This document shows, in pieces, positions 9,355-20,499 of a stretch of 64,000 nt of DNA (position 1 is the first letter of the stretch; every line of letters begins with the position of its first letter). The notes beneath the pieces are model-generated. The model was not told the DNA's origin. It ran no database searches and worked only from the letters and a program-made list of their open reading frames with translations. The stretch is taken from IMG/VR virus record IMGVR_UViG_3300034158_000023, positions 62,001 through 126,000 of that record; one strand, 5' to 3'. The translations under genes and the position numbers were made by a program.

Positions 9355-10033
9355 TGCCAGATCAGACGTAGTGGTAATAGATCTAGAAACTGGATCAATG
9401 ACACCAGATGCTGTAATCTTTACCATAGGAGCAGTACGCTTTAACCCAGATGCACCGTATGCACCAACAGTTGTACACTTGCGTGAAACTGGTTTGTACA
9501 TGTACGTTAAGGTACCTAAGCAGTTAATTATGGGTCGTGTGACTGATAGCGACACAGTAGATATCTGGTGGCCTAATCAGTCTTCTGCGGCTCAAGCTGA
9601 GAAAGACAAAGCTTATAGCGATGAAGCCGTAGAGTTAAACGTAGCGTTACAAGTGTTATCTGATTACATCAAACCAGATGACCGAGTTTATGCGCGCGGG
9701 CAAGATTTTGAACGCGAGATACTAACTAGTGCATACAAGATGGTAGGTGGACGTTTCTTTAGACGTTACAATAAAATCTTTGATGTACGTAGTTGGATTG
9801 AAGCGTATGCGGGTAATAACTCTGGCATCTACGAGTTGTTAGATCACGTAGGGTTGGTATCTCATGTGTCTATAGATGACTGTATCCGTGATGCACTGGA
9901 AATGTATTTCAGTCGTAAAGAGTTCATGAATGCGGCCGTATCAGATCCAGATAATGTCAGAATGGTGTTGGAGTCATTAGGTGAAGTTATGGATGAGTTA
10001 GAAGAAAAGGAGCTAAGCGATGGAGGAAAGTGA
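9347..10033 (+). CDS. DEDD-family 3'-5' exonuclease/exoribonuclease
   Basis: IDLET, IGAV, ARGQDFE, FDVRS, HVSIDD motifs; start placed at 9347 (9341 also possible). Confidence 0.85.
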   Translation: MNDARSDVVVIDLETGSMTPDAVIFTIGAVRFNPDAPYAPTVVHLRETGLYMYVKVPKQLIMGRVTDSDTVDIWWPNQSSAAQAEKDKAYSDEAVELNVALQVLSDYIKPDDRVYARGQDFEREILTSAYKMVGGRFFRRYNKIFDVRSWIEAYAGNNSGIYELLDHVGLVSHVSIDDCIRDALEMYFSRKEFMNAAVSDPDNVRMVLESLGEVMDELEEKELSDGGK

Positions 10034-10589
10034 ATTAGGTAATGGTGGGTTTCATTGGTTTCCTAATCAAGGGCTGGATAGTCCTATTGATTTAAACCGA
10101 GGGGTTAGCTACGGGTATGCTAAAAATCGTACCTATATTGGTGTGCGTAAGATGCTTCCAGTTACTCATCGAACACACCCTTGGTTAGCTATGGCGTTTG
10201 ACACTATGGTTAACGACTGCGATGTAGTAGTTAACTATGCTGAACTTAAAGAAGGTGACAATAAGCGACACTGTTTAACTATTGGGGTATTGACACCAGT
10301 AGAGTTCAGACCGTTTATGCGAACTATGGCTGCTGATATGTCATCTAAGTTTAGTGAGCGCTTAGCACTAGGAGTTTTCTCGCCTAGAAGTTCTCTACGT
10401 TGTACCTACATAGGGGAAGAGCCGTATGTAGGCACGGTCGATCAATGGCACTTTAAATTCACTGGTAAAGTTAATGCCCAAGACAAAAACTTTCGTGAAT
10501 TAGCTCGGTTATTCCAGCACTCGTTTTACACGTTAGAAGATAAAACTAGAAAAGTAAGTACCAAAATTAATCATACAGGAAAATGGTAA
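10020..10589 (+). CDS. hypothetical protein
   Basis: 189-aa ORF, SD AAGGAG, overlaps upstream gene. Confidence 0.8.
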   Translation: MEESELGNGGFHWFPNQGLDSPIDLNRGVSYGYAKNRTYIGVRKMLPVTHRTHPWLAMAFDTMVNDCDVVVNYAELKEGDNKRHCLTIGVLTPVEFRPFMRTMAADMSSKFSERLALGVFSPRSSLRCTYIGEEPYVGTVDQWHFKFTGKVNAQDKNFRELARLFQHSFYTLEDKTRKVSTKINHTGKW

Positions 10590-10590
10590 A

Positions 10591-11997
10591 ATGGAAAAGA
10601 CTACCACATTCGTAGAAACGTTTATTGAACAACGTTTAGATTTAGCAGTTGCTGCTAATCCAGATATCACAAATTACCCAATGATGTCGTTACCGCAATT
10701 TATTCAAACTGTGGTTTCGCCTACGGCTACAAACATTGAGTTTAACTTGCGTTTCATGTTCGATGAAAAAGCTGAGTTAAACAGTAAGCGTGGCCAACGC
10801 ACCTTAGACTATTTAGCATCATTAGCGCAAGCTATTATGGGCTTTAGTCATGCACGTGGTGATTTAAGATGGGATAGTCTGGCTGTTACTGAGCACATCA
10901 AAAACACGGCTTGTTCTTTAGGGTTAGTCGAGATGGCTGAAGGTGGGTTTACCTTCGTTACTCGTCAGTACACGGAGGTAGCTAATACATATCTCCAAAA
11001 TCGTAATGACGATACTGCTCGCGCTGTGTTGGTTAGCTTTACTGAGTTAACAGTAGCATGTTTTACTCAACTGGTTAGATTTGCACAATATGCGGAAACC
11101 ACTGGCCGTGAAGATACTTTCCCTGCACCAGTGTATTTTGATCTGGCAGTAGGTAAGGCCAAGTTTAAAACTCTGGGTGAAGTTACCCATCATCAAGCGT
11201 ATGTGAAGTTACTTAAATGCGCCATTGCTGAAACTAGTAAGATTAACTCCATCGCTGGTAAACCACCGTTACCCCCAGTTACTGAGTTAACTCCAGAGGT
11301 CTTAGAAGAAATAACTAAGTTGTCTCTGGTGCAAATACCAATAGTGATTTCAGAAATGAATGAAGCTATCGTTTCCTTAAAAGCTGGTAACGTTAGTCCT
11401 TACAACTTTAGTGGGCTTCGTGACGATGTTCAAGACATCCTATTCACGGCTGCTGGCGGTATGGGTTACATTAACATACCAGGGCTAGAACCTAAACTTT
11501 GTTTTGAGAAGATCTGTAATGATGTTATCGATGTAAACTATTTACACGACGTTGAACGCATCATTTTCTTATTTGAAGCAATGTTAATCGACCTCAATGC
11601 GTTATCTGAAGATTTACCGAAGTGGAATGGTCCTAAGGGACTTGAAGTGTTGTACGGTATCTACTACACGCTGTTTATGGTAACTGCTGAGCTAGGGCGC
11701 TTATACGGCTATAGTGTTAACTCTGATTGGGAGGAAGTGTGTTGCTCTAACTACACTAAGTTTGATAGTGAGTTTGAAGACATCGGTCCTTCATGTAAGA
11801 AGTACATAGACAAAGGTATTGTCATAGTACCTACGTTAAGTCCTTGTGGTGAGTACTATGCGTACATCGTGCCTTACGATCAGTGCGTAGATGGTAAGCA
11901 TTATCCACAGGGTAAGTACCTCAAGTCACATAAGTTCCAAGAGCCAGTGTACAGTCGTCCTAAGATGCGTGCGATTCGTTCTACTATGGTTGGTTAA
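10591..11997 (+). CDS. MazG-like/all-alpha NTP pyrophosphohydrolase
   Basis: SEMNE..LRDDVQDILF, EVCCSNYTKF and GKYLKS..FQEP motifs typical of phage NTP-PPases. Confidence 0.7.
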   Translation: MEKTTTFVETFIEQRLDLAVAANPDITNYPMMSLPQFIQTVVSPTATNIEFNLRFMFDEKAELNSKRGQRTLDYLASLAQAIMGFSHARGDLRWDSLAVTEHIKNTACSLGLVEMAEGGFTFVTRQYTEVANTYLQNRNDDTARAVLVSFTELTVACFTQLVRFAQYAETTGREDTFPAPVYFDLAVGKAKFKTLGEVTHHQAYVKLLKCAIAETSKINSIAGKPPLPPVTELTPEVLEEITKLSLVQIPIVISEMNEAIVSLKAGNVSPYNFSGLRDDVQDILFTAAGGMGYINIPGLEPKLCFEKICNDVIDVNYLHDVERIIFLFEAMLIDLNALSEDLPKWNGPKGLEVLYGIYYTLFMVTAELGRLYGYSVNSDWEEVCCSNYTKFDSEFEDIGPSCKKYIDKGIVIVPTLSPCGEYYAYIVPYDQCVDGKHYPQGKYLKSHKFQEPVYSRPKMRAIRSTMVG

Positions 11998-12044
11998 TCT
12001 ATGGAGGGAGGGGTAACGCCCTCCCTGTATACCGGGAGTTTAAA

Positions 12045-12977
12045 ATGGATACAGTACAAGTAAAGATTGTAAAGATTATAGGTTATGCTAATGGAGTTGT
12101 GAAATTATTAGGAGTGAATGTAAATGAAGGGGGCGTTTCCATACAGTTCAGTTGTGTACCCCTAGCTACCCTGTCTATAGGTGATGTACTTACAGTGCCC
12201 AATCCAATGGAACAAGGTGCTGTGTTGCGCAACACCTTGATAGGTAACCCAGTGGCTATATATACGTTAGAACTTGCGCAGTTGGATCTAATGAGTAGAA
12301 GTACCGAGGGGTTTGATTGGGCGACTGCAACTTTAGCTAAGGAACGCGGAGAAGCTGAAAAGGGGATTGTCTCTTTGGTTATGGATGAATGTCCTTATAA
12401 TACCTTTATTTTAGGCTCTTTTAGTGACCCTGGAATGTGTGTGTCAGAACCAGGCATCTCCCTGGCTAACCCACATAAATTAAGTGCAGTAGCGCCTGTC
12501 AGTGAGGTACGACATCCCTATAGTCTTGGGGTACTTCGCGGCGAGGCTATGGTATTTGGTAAGGGTAATGCTGGTAGTGGTTCCATTCTCAATGACAACG
12601 CTAAAGCAGCTGTTATCCCAGAACCACCAGAAGTTGTCCACGGTTTAAAGGCATACATGGAAGCTTTTGGTATAGTTACCGCAAGACTCATTAAGATCAT
12701 TACAGACGACGTTGATCGTAATGTAACAGCTGCTGACCTGTTAACTTATATTAACTGGGGGACTCAGTTAATACAACAACGGTATAAGGTAGTACTTACC
12801 TCTAATACAATCCCATTTGGTTTGAACTTAATAGGACTTGATACGCTAAGACTACGCATACATGTATTTTTAGCCGATCCAAATGATTCTAATCTAGTGA
12901 GCATCGCCGATGAAATTCAAAAATTCATTGAACGTTTACCTCATGCCGAAGTCACTACACTTTCGAAACAAATCTAG
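12045..12977 (+). CDS. hypothetical protein; N-terminus resembles 13643 and 15229 products
   Basis: 310-aa ORF, SD GGGAG. Confidence 0.8.
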   Translation: MDTVQVKIVKIIGYANGVVKLLGVNVNEGGVSIQFSCVPLATLSIGDVLTVPNPMEQGAVLRNTLIGNPVAIYTLELAQLDLMSRSTEGFDWATATLAKERGEAEKGIVSLVMDECPYNTFILGSFSDPGMCVSEPGISLANPHKLSAVAPVSEVRHPYSLGVLRGEAMVFGKGNAGSGSILNDNAKAAVIPEPPEVVHGLKAYMEAFGIVTARLIKIITDDVDRNVTAADLLTYINWGTQLIQQRYKVVLTSNTIPFGLNLIGLDTLRLRIHVFLADPNDSNLVSIADEIQKFIERLPHAEVTTLSKQI

Positions 12978-13050
12978 CTATATATCACCATAGTGGATAA
13001 ACCCATAAGGGCTAACCGTTTTTACCATTATTATAAAAGGAGTTGTGACA

Positions 13051-13572
13051 ATGTTTAACACGTATAACCATATAGGAACAGTAACCAATATGTTCTTATC
13101 GGAAGCTATTAAAACAGCTCCAGTTAAAGGCATTGATGCTGACCCATTGGTACGTGAGTTATGTGAATGGATTTGTTATGAAACTAAAGGAGTTACAGTA
13201 TTTTCGTGTGAGGGACATGACCGACCTTACTCGGAAGGATATGTCATGATATCTTGGCCAACGATGTTGTCGTGTCCCCTTGTAGTAAGTACATTACAAG
13301 CAGCAATCGATACGCACTTAACCCCGTTGAAAAAGAAGAAACAACTATCTGCTTTCGTGGCTATGGCAGTAGACAATCGTATAGGTACGTCATCGGATTT
13401 CACATTCCGCTTTAAATACAAACACAATGACCGCACCTTTTCTATGCGTGCCATTTGTCGTGTATTGAAACAAGTGATGCAGGATATCGACGCGTTAGAT
13501 AACCCCGTGACTCCGGTAGAGTTAGATGAAGAAGTTGATGTCAATGTGTCTATGTATGACCTAGGTGCATAA
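13051..13572 (+). CDS. hypothetical protein with SCEGH motif
   Basis: ATG 13051 best spaced from AAAAGGAG; TVFSCEGH motif; early-type promoter at 12981. Confidence 0.8.
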   Translation: MFNTYNHIGTVTNMFLSEAIKTAPVKGIDADPLVRELCEWICYETKGVTVFSCEGHDRPYSEGYVMISWPTMLSCPLVVSTLQAAIDTHLTPLKKKKQLSAFVAMAVDNRIGTSSDFTFRFKYKHNDRTFSMRAICRVLKQVMQDIDALDNPVTPVELDEEVDVNVSMYDLGA

Positions 13573-13642
13573 AAGTTAAAAAATATTTCAACCATTAATT
13601 AAATGTAAGACCATCGTTCAATTATAAAAGGGAAAGTTTACT

Positions 13643-13945
13643 ATGTCTAAGAAATTCACTGTATTAAAAATCGCTGGTGTTAAAGGCGGTATGTTGTCTG
13701 TTGATTTAATTGCTCATGAGAAAGTCGGCGTTGAGATCAACGTACTGCTTGCTCCAGATGATGCAATCAAAGAAGGTCTGATCATCACTGGTGATTTAGC
13801 AGAAGGTAAAAAATACTCTGTCAAGTTGAAAGACGGCGAAGCTACCGTTACTGCGATCAAAGGTTATACTGCTGGTAAAGTAGTTAACGCTACAGGCGGC
13901 AATGGTTGCTCACAAAGCAAAGTTACCATGATGGATAACATGTAA
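13643..13945 (+). CDS. small beta-rich protein with C-terminal GxGC tail (cassette 1, gene 1)
   Basis: 100-aa ORF, ATAAAAGGGA leader, own terminator. Confidence 0.85.
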   Translation: MSKKFTVLKIAGVKGGMLSVDLIAHEKVGVEINVLLAPDDAIKEGLIITGDLAEGKKYSVKLKDGEATVTAIKGYTAGKVVNATGGNGCSQSKVTMMDNM

Positions 13946-13960
13946 GCACTCACCACATTA

Positions 13961-13985
13961 GAGAGAGGGTTACCTCTCTCTTTTT
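13961..13985 (+). terminator. intrinsic terminator
   Basis: GAGAGAGG-GTTA-CCTCTCTC plus T tract. Confidence 0.8.
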
Positions 13986-14014
13986 GCGCGTATAATAAAA
14001 TAAAAGGATGACGT

Positions 14015-14551
14015 ATGTCTGTAGTCATATTAGAGAACGGTAAGGTAATGTCTGATAACATAACCTACGTTACTGGCAGACGAACCACTGGCACTAAACA
14101 GTGGAAGAACGACCGACTAGTGATTGCAATGGTTGGTATGATACCAGGTAGAATCCTGGCTAAGAAAATGGTTGACTTCGCAGATGAGTTACTCACTAAG
14201 TATTACAGTGGTGAAGAAGTAAACTTTTTAGACCTGGCTTCAATGATGCCACTCCCTGCTCCTGATATAAAGCGCCACAATCTCCTCATCGTGTTAGGTA
14301 CTCACACTGACGTTTGGGTGATTGAGGTAATTAACGAAAAGGGTAAAATGATACCAACTGTATCAGAGTTAGAAATAGAAGCATTCTTTGCTGATGGTGC
14401 TGGATGCATACATGCTAATTTCATGCATCTCAACGGTATAGATATTGAAAAAGAGTTCCACCGTGCTACAGTCTATGAAATAGAAGTAGGTGGTATTACC
14501 CATGTTACTGATCTACGTGGTTTAGTGCCATTTGAGGGGGCGATATGTTAA
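14015..14551 (+). CDS. Ntn-hydrolase-fold protein with N-terminal Ser (cassette 1, gene 2)
   Basis: SVVILENGKVMSD..K..G..DGAG..VGG parallels 6144 and 15819 products. Confidence 0.6.
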   Translation: MSVVILENGKVMSDNITYVTGRRTTGTKQWKNDRLVIAMVGMIPGRILAKKMVDFADELLTKYYSGEEVNFLDLASMMPLPAPDIKRHNLLIVLGTHTDVWVIEVINEKGKMIPTVSELEIEAFFADGAGCIHANFMHLNGIDIEKEFHRATVYEIEVGGITHVTDLRGLVPFEGAIC

Positions 14552-15186
14552 TTTATAATGGGTACCTTATTACTGGTCACGTGTATCGCCAAATAAGTAA
14601 TGGGATAGCGTACGTTAACAAGACGGGATTAAGTCCCTCTAATGATGGCTTAGCGTTAGGGTTTAAAGCTGCTCTTGGGTACGTACATCCCCGCAACGGT
14701 TTTTCAGCCTCCCAACAACTTGGTTTCAGTAACATTGTAAGTCCAGTTTGTATGTTCCGACAGGTAAATGGTGCAGGTCGAACCACCACCGACATAAACC
14801 CCATATTACATGACGTCATATCTTTTGGTGCATCTAGAGGCAGTTTCCAAGATCTCTTTATGTTGGGGATAGAACTTAAGCTAGACATTCTAGATGTAGT
14901 TAAAACAGCGTACCTGGCGGGGGGAGATATGGTACAAGGTGTTAGCGTATTAGATCTTTTTGCCCATTTTGATAAATACCCTTGTGGGGAAATAGAGGCA
15001 GTTGGTGATGCTACATTTATAGCAAAGCACCAAGAGTTCCTAGCGCAAGTTAAAGCTAACCGTAAAACCTTAGGGTTAGATGTAAGTTGGGGTAATCTTG
15101 ACTCGGAAGGATATGTAATTGATCCTGAAGGCAAGAACCCCAAAGTGGCTGAAAGTAAGCCAAGTAAGAAAGCTCCAAAGCAATAA
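14545..15186 (+). CDS. partner protein, paralogue of 16370 (cassette 1, gene 3)
   Basis: Overlaps upstream stop; shared MLIYNGYLI, IVSPV, LDLFAHFDKYP blocks. Confidence 0.8.
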   Translation: MLIYNGYLITGHVYRQISNGIAYVNKTGLSPSNDGLALGFKAALGYVHPRNGFSASQQLGFSNIVSPVCMFRQVNGAGRTTTDINPILHDVISFGASRGSFQDLFMLGIELKLDILDVVKTAYLAGGDMVQGVSVLDLFAHFDKYPCGEIEAVGDATFIAKHQEFLAQVKANRKTLGLDVSWGNLDSEGYVIDPEGKNPKVAESKPSKKAPKQ

Positions 15187-15228
15187 AACAAACCATCCAA
15201 ACCACCATTAAATAAAAGGGACACTACA

Positions 15229-15750
15229 ATGTCTAAAACTACCATTAGCGCAACAATCGTTACAATCCTTGGTTTTTCATCAGGTGCTTTAACGGCACAA
15301 CTTAATGTCCCTGTCGAAGGTAGCGACGACAGGAAATATGTGGAACTTCAAATTAAGGCTGAACAAGAGTTCTCAGTACCTTTAGATGTAGTAATCGAAG
15401 AACACTTACTTAACAGTGAAGAAGTCTTAATACTGTCAGTCAATGAGTTCGGTACTTACCTATTAGAAACTGAAGCAGACATCGAAGCCCAATTTAAAGC
15501 CGATGATATCGCCATCCGAGAAGCAATGGCTTCATCTGGTGAAGCTGGTGCTCCGGCAACTGAGTCTACTGAAAAACCAGGTCTCTTGGGTAAAGCTGCT
15601 GCTGCCGTAGCAAGTGTCGCTACCGCTGTGGGCATTGGTACTAAAACAGCTGAAGCTAAAACTGAATCCCGCTCTGCGGCTGCTTCTACTGCAACTCCAC
15701 GCCGTGGTCAAGGCTGCGCTTATGCAGAAAAAGCTAAGATCAATTTCTAA
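15229..15750 (+). CDS. protein with Ala-rich linker and C-terminal GxGC tail (cassette 2, gene 1)
   Basis: 173-aa ORF, AAATAAAAGGGA leader, own terminator. Confidence 0.85.
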   Translation: MSKTTISATIVTILGFSSGALTAQLNVPVEGSDDRKYVELQIKAEQEFSVPLDVVIEEHLLNSEEVLILSVNEFGTYLLETEADIEAQFKADDIAIREAMASSGEAGAPATESTEKPGLLGKAAAAVASVATAVGIGTKTAEAKTESRSAAASTATPRRGQGCAYAEKAKINF

Positions 15751-15760
15751 GTCATAAACT

Positions 15761-15790
15761 GTGGGAGAGCTACGGCTCTCCCACTATGCC
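15761..15790 (+). terminator. terminator hairpin followed by TATGCC
   Basis: GTGGGAGAGC-TACG-GCTCTCCCAC. Confidence 0.75.
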
Positions 15791-15818
15791 ATTTACCTAA
15801 AATAAAAGGAATACTGTT

Positions 15819-16373
15819 ATGTCAGTCATTGCACTGCATCAAGGGGTTCTCCATGCTGACTCGTTAGCTCTGGTTGATTGCCACCCACATCAGATACAAA
15901 AGTTATACCAGACCAAACGTGTAGCGTTAGCGCACGTTGGGGAACTGTTAACTAAAGCAGAAGCGGATAAAATTTTAGCATTGTTCACTGATCAGATCCA
16001 ATACACTGGTACTATTGATGCTAAAGCACTGATGGAGACTTTAAATCGTAATCATTACATACACACAGATTTTATCTTGGTTACCCGAGATAAAGCCTTC
16101 CGAGTTAGTTTACACCATCCTGGACCACAGCCATCTGCATTTAATGTGGAAGGTGTACCTATTGGTATGGCTACTAACAATTTAGACGTACACTGTATCG
16201 AACTCTCTCCTATGGCTACCTACATGAATGGCAGCTGTGTGAGTTATTTAAAGGTGGCACTAGAGTTAGGGTATCCAGTAGTGGAAGCAGTTGCTAAAAT
16301 GAAACCATTTACCAGTTTAAATGGTCCTATTACTCATAGCGTGAAGTTATCAGAACTGGAGGCTATAGCATGA
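15819..16373 (+). CDS. Ntn-hydrolase-fold protein with N-terminal Ser (cassette 2, gene 2)
   Basis: SVIALHQGVLHADS..K..G..NGS..ALELG pattern. Confidence 0.6.
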   Translation: MSVIALHQGVLHADSLALVDCHPHQIQKLYQTKRVALAHVGELLTKAEADKILALFTDQIQYTGTIDAKALMETLNRNHYIHTDFILVTRDKAFRVSLHHPGPQPSAFNVEGVPIGMATNNLDVHCIELSPMATYMNGSCVSYLKVALELGYPVVEAVAKMKPFTSLNGPITHSVKLSELEAIA

Positions 16374-17035
16374 TTTTATATAAAGGGTTGTTGATCTACC
16401 CCATTAACTTTTTTAATTCTGGGTATGTTAGAACTAGACCTATCGCGCCAGTTGCTATAACTGAGTATGGTTGTGGTATGGGGATTTCCTACGGGGACAT
16501 TAAGAAACGCCTAGAACCTGTGGCACAGAAACCTAAGCCCGTACCAGATTTGTCCAGTCAGCCTGGTGGACCTACGTCATTTCCCCAACCTAACCCAATG
16601 AATGGAAATGGCGTGCCTGGGGTATATACTCCGTATCGGCATAGAACAGACCGACCAAGCGATATGTGGAACATGACCTTAATTACCAGTCCTGTAACTG
16701 TGCTAGCAATTAACAGTATGTCTAGTGATGGAGTTAAGTCTAGAAATCTTTTTTCTACGTTAGCAGACTTCTGGCATGAAACTGGTTATGAAGTTGAGTA
16801 CAGTTTGGCTTTAGGTGCTGATATAATGGATGCTGTTAAAGTTATCTGGCAGACGGACGAAATTGGTATAGTAGATTTAGTGCCCCACTTCGAACGATAT
16901 CCAACAACGAAAGTTTATTCTCCGTTAAGTGACTATGAACTTAAAATAGAACAAACTCTCATTTTAGACTTGCAACATGATGCCGTTCGAAACAAAATCT
17001 TGGAAGACTACAAAGACAGTGTTAAAATATTTTAA
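16370..17035 (+). CDS. partner protein, paralogue of 14545 (cassette 2, gene 3)
   Basis: ATGA overlap; MILYKGLLI, ITSPV, VDLVPHFERYP. Confidence 0.8.
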   Translation: MILYKGLLIYPINFFNSGYVRTRPIAPVAITEYGCGMGISYGDIKKRLEPVAQKPKPVPDLSSQPGGPTSFPQPNPMNGNGVPGVYTPYRHRTDRPSDMWNMTLITSPVTVLAINSMSSDGVKSRNLFSTLADFWHETGYEVEYSLALGADIMDAVKVIWQTDEIGIVDLVPHFERYPTTKVYSPLSDYELKIEQTLILDLQHDAVRNKILEDYKDSVKIF

Positions 17036-17080
17036 CCAGTAATGAAGTGTGGATCTAATAATAAAAGGAAGTTGTGGGAA

Positions 17081-17188
17081 ATGGAAGAAGAGTCGGCTAA
17101 AACGGAATTTGCGTGTTACGTCCACATGAGTGTGGCGTGCACAATCATTTTAGCATCGTGGTTTTTAATACTCACGGTAGCATTTTAA
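17081..17188 (+). CDS. 35-aa single-TM microprotein (not in ORF track)
   Basis: AATAAAAGGAA leader; MEEESAKTEFACYVHMSVACTIILASWFLILTVAF; fills the gap up to the next leader. Confidence 0.6.
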   Translation: MEEESAKTEFACYVHMSVACTIILASWFLILTVAF

Positions 17189-17206
17189 GAATAAAAGGAG
17201 TTCGGT

Positions 17207-17833
17207 ATGGAAAATTTTAACGAGATGCATAAACTGTTTGCTAAGGTAGCTACAGACTTTCTGCGTTTTTATGGACTAGTAGCTAAAGATGCCGTTGCTA
17301 AGAACTGGGATCCTGAGTTAAGTCTGTTACAAAACATCGACAAAGAAATTAACTCGCATGACTGTGGTTTAGCTGCTTTAGCTATGGCAATTAAATTATA
17401 CCACAGTTCCCCTAAGATAGGACATGAATTCCTAGATATCGGCAACAACGAAAATCATTGGTATATCAGTTGGTGGAATGGTATTGCCGCTGACAATACT
17501 CTATATTGGGATACGTCGGTAGCATTGTTGCCACCTACAGAGAATGCGACCTCCTTACGTGGATATCGAGAAGGGTGTGTGTTAGATGAAGACGACATTG
17601 AAGACGCGACTTACGCCATCTTAAATAACGATGGTTATGGTCAGGCTATTCTATACCAATGGCTGCACTTAAGTTGCCCAGACGTGGAATATGAAACCAC
17701 TGGTGATGACACTACAGATCTAATCAATTTGATACGTGCTATCTTTGATAATCCATTTATGTTCGCTGGTGCGTTTCCTAACTCTGAAAATAACGATTGT
17801 ATCTATAGTAACCGGGATAAGGTAAGAGCGTAA
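17207..17833 (+). CDS. hypothetical protein (HDCG and HWY motifs, possibly papain-like fold)
   Basis: 208-aa ORF, AATAAAAGGAG leader. Confidence 0.8.
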   Translation: MENFNEMHKLFAKVATDFLRFYGLVAKDAVAKNWDPELSLLQNIDKEINSHDCGLAALAMAIKLYHSSPKIGHEFLDIGNNENHWYISWWNGIAADNTLYWDTSVALLPPTENATSLRGYREGCVLDEDDIEDATYAILNNDGYGQAILYQWLHLSCPDVEYETTGDDTTDLINLIRAIFDNPFMFAGAFPNSENNDCIYSNRDKVRA

Positions 17834-18057
17834 TGCCATATAACCACTTTTGGTATCACGTTGGTGTATGTACACTTGCAATCATGGCAGTGCTTATAGC
17901 TATTATGGTTAGCATTGAAGTATATCGATATGGTATTTGTAGTGACCCTGATCGTTATGATAAATGTAAACGAATTAACACTAAACTGTACACGATCGCC
18001 TTAATCTTGTTACTAGTTAATGTTGGTGCACTTATGATAAGTCTTAGCTTAACATAG
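17833..18057 (+). CDS. small two-TM membrane protein
   Basis: 74 aa, two hydrophobic stretches, TAATG overlap. Confidence 0.75.
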   Translation: MPYNHFWYHVGVCTLAIMAVLIAIMVSIEVYRYGICSDPDRYDKCKRINTKLYTIALILLLVNVGALMISLSLT

Positions 18058-18158
18058 CTAAGCAGAAAGACCCCTTCTCAGGGTCTTTCTTTTTTTGCAA
18101 ACAAGGCTAAGCATATATTATCAAAGTAGTATAACACTCACAATAAAAGGTAAACCAC

Positions 18159-20395
<2,237 letters not shown>

Positions 20396-20398
20396 ACT

Positions 20399-20422
20399 AG
20401 AGGGCTTCGGCCCTCTTTTTTT
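20399..20422 (+). terminator. intrinsic terminator
   Basis: AGAGGGC-TTCG-GCCCTCT plus T tract; same hairpin at 44839. Confidence 0.85.
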
Positions 20423-20499
20423 GCTGTCTCCAAAAGGATGTAAATATATATCATCTTGGTGAACAATACCTGTTCTATAAATTATAAAAGGAATACCAC

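Noticed and set aside
14577-15245. 222-aa minus-strand ORF and the other antisense or nested ORFs in the track (e.g. 2937-3365, 13227-13595, 25287-25709, 30864-31256, 43965-44345)
   Set aside because: They lie opposite or inside well-supported genes, lack SD/leader motifs and look like shadow frames.
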